Assembly (NCBI GenBank): GCA_012295275.1
Contig: CM022665.1
Location: forward strand, 39,990,001 to 40,054,000
Source of the DNA: Chrysomallon squamiferum
Taxonomy: Eukaryota; Animalia; Mollusca
DNA: 64,000 bases
Direction: 5' to 3'
The notes under the pieces were generated by a model. The model worked only from the letters and a program-made list of their open reading frames with translations, made no database searches and was not told the origin of the DNA. This document shows positions 61,413 to 64,000 of the stretch, piece by piece (positions within the stretch are counted from its first letter, which is position 1; every line of letters begins with the position of its first letter). Position numbers and translations under genes: made by a program.

Positions 61413-62525
61413 TTGTATGTGTTTTAATCACGACTGATATAAATTCATCGTCACATAATAATTTTATAAGACCTATAAACAACCTATTTGATAAGTAAAA
61501 TAAAATGTTATTATTATATAAAGATTTTTCACGACAAAAATGACGTATGTAATTTTTTCTCTTTAATTTCCAGCAATATTTCTGTTTATCAAAAGACGTG
61601 GATAAAGTGCTAACTGTTCATTGTGTAATATTTCATAACAATTTGATTTTCGTCGACATATACGTCACATATAGGTTTTAATCAACAATTTTTCTTCTGG
61701 GTTTTATAAAGTTTTTCGTCCACGAGCTCAAATGATTTATTGTACTTGCTTCTTTATTTGTTTTGGCACCGGGGTGAAAATTTCAATGTAACTATTTTCA
61801 GTTATTTGGCAGACTAACCACGGAATGAATCACAGAAACCAATTACGATTTCTTTTGAATCCTAAAGGTGCGGTCACACTATGCGACTCAACAGTCTTCG
61901 TACAGTTCTATTTAAAACGACATCAATATTGACGGGTGTTGTGATCAAATCCTCACAATGCTTCTAAACAGAGACAGTTGTAGTCATAAATTCACTTCAG
62001 CTTCTCTGCTCTTTACTAATCCTCCATATCACAAACACTAAAACGTACAAATAACACAAAGAGACAACACACTCGTATTAATCATATGCCCACGACAGGC
62101 GTGGATCAGTCTTAAGTGGGAGTAAACCCGAATAAAATTATTGATCCACTGTTCTATTGATGCACGTATTGCAACGATCTGCAGCATCGATTTTGATTTA
62201 AATACTTCAAGATCGTTGAAAAATCGAATTCTTAGCGCTCTTATTGACTTTGCTGGGCTCCGAGTTGTAATATAATACATCTTGATCTCAGTTTCCAAGT
62301 GGTTGTTTTAAGTCGCAGAGTGACAAAGCTTCTTAACTTTAAAAGGTTTATTACGTAAAGTCTAGACAAGTGAATTGTGCTTGTTTCTGATACTTACACA
62401 GGGAAACATATAACATAGAAATGTGTTAGGTCTCTGCAAACAGAAAGAGAAGAAAATGTGCATCGGGAATCGTCGACAAATACGTTGACACAAAAACCAA
62501 GATAGAAAAAAAAAATAACAGATGC

Positions 62526-62812
<287 letters not shown>

Positions 62813-63180
62813 AACAGACGGAAATAAGCTGACATAAATTAAATACACATTCTTACTAATAAAAATGAAACATTGAACAGTGTGAATAATGATAGCTGGA
62901 GAACACCAGCATCTTTTATCAGAAAATAAAAATATTTATTTGACGCAGGCGTGACTAAACATTTCACTTTAAGCTATTACGTGTTAGACGAAATGGTGCA
63001 GCGATTTATCAGTCGTCTCTAATATAAATGCAAATAGGTCAAAGGAACCTTGTTATTGTTCGCGATATTGTAAATGAGAAAACAGATGTTTATATCCATT
63101 TTATTTCCCTTTTAATCTATATTCTTAAAAACTTCTTCCAGTGTTAATATCACAGTCGTAAGTCAAAGGAACCTGGTGAA

Positions 63181-63803
63181 AGAGTGTGATATTGTAAACA
63201 AGATGTTTCGAAATCTATTTTTCTCCTGCACAAATTTGATAAAACTGTTTCTTACTTTGAAGTTGACGTCTGCTCACATAAAAGATGATGACTTTGGATA
63301 AAATGGTGGAATTATCACAGAAGAAGATACCTAAGTTGAATAATAAGGTAATAGAGTGTGATGTTGTAAACAGGATGTTTTGAAATATCTTTTTCCCATG
63401 CACAACATTTTAAAAATTGTTTCTTACTTTAAAGTTGACGTCTGGTCACAGAAAAAAATGGGGGAATTATCACGGAAGAAGATACATAAGTCGAATAATA
63501 AGGTAATAGAGTATGATATTATAAACAAGAAATTTCGAAATCTATTTTTTCTCCTGCACAAATTTGATAAAACCGTTTCTTACTTTAAAGTTGACGTCTG
63601 GTCACATAAAGGACGATGACTTCGGAAAAAAGGAGGAATTATCACAGAAGAAGATACATAAGTCGAATAATAAGAATTGTAAACGATGTTTTGAAATATC
63701 TTTTTCTCCTGCACAAATCTTATAAAACTGTTTCTTACTTTAAAGTTGACGTCTGGTCACATAACAAATGGTGGAATTACCACAGAAGATACATAAGTCG
63801 AAT
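63181..63803. repeat. Tandem repeat, ~4 copies of a 155-172 bp unit
   Basis: TGTAAACAAGATGTTTCGAAATCTATTTTTCTCCTGCACAAATTTGATAAAACTGTTTCTTACTTTAAAGTTGACGTCTGGTCACA...GGAATTATCACAGAAGAAGATACATAAGTCGAATA recurs from about 63181, 63353, 63508 and 63675. Confidence 0.92.
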
Positions 63804-63883
63804 ATCATCATGTTGGATTGATCAAGTTAAGCCGTCGTATTCGAGTTAAACATAAACATTCGATTGAATGAATGAAAAGCAGT

Positions 63884-63928
<45 letters not shown>

Positions 63929-64000
63929 TAAAATTAAAATTAAAATAAATAAATAAATAAAAACAAAAAAAAACACAGCTAATTAACTAAATAAAATAGT

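Overview
AT-rich, microsatellite-saturated eukaryotic (animal, probably invertebrate) genomic DNA, not prokaryotic. Almost every ORF in the track is a translation of simple repeats. I can support only one protein-coding piece: the first coding exon (23258-23528, minus strand) of a class A neuropeptide GPCR of the neuromedin-U / pyrokinin / CAPA (PRXamide) receptor group. It covers the N-terminus, TM1 and TM2 and ends at a canonical phase-1 GT donor. I found no downstream exon in 1-23257, which implies an intron of more than 23 kb. Upstream of the exon are two short in-frame uORFs, a candidate 3' splice site and a candidate TATA/Inr core promoter. The rest of the window holds three MITE-like DNA transposons (one Tc1/mariner-pogo type with a TA TSD, and two copies of a CAGGGGCGGATC-terminal family, one with a 6-bp TSD), a few degenerate tRNA-SINE-like relics, several minisatellites (~44, ~46, ~60-76 and ~170 bp units), local duplications and many long (CT)n/(GA)n/(TA)n/(CA)n tracts. 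I see no evidence for a new multi-gene system, CRISPR array or RNA gene. The most interesting items are regulatory and repeat architecture around the GPCR.
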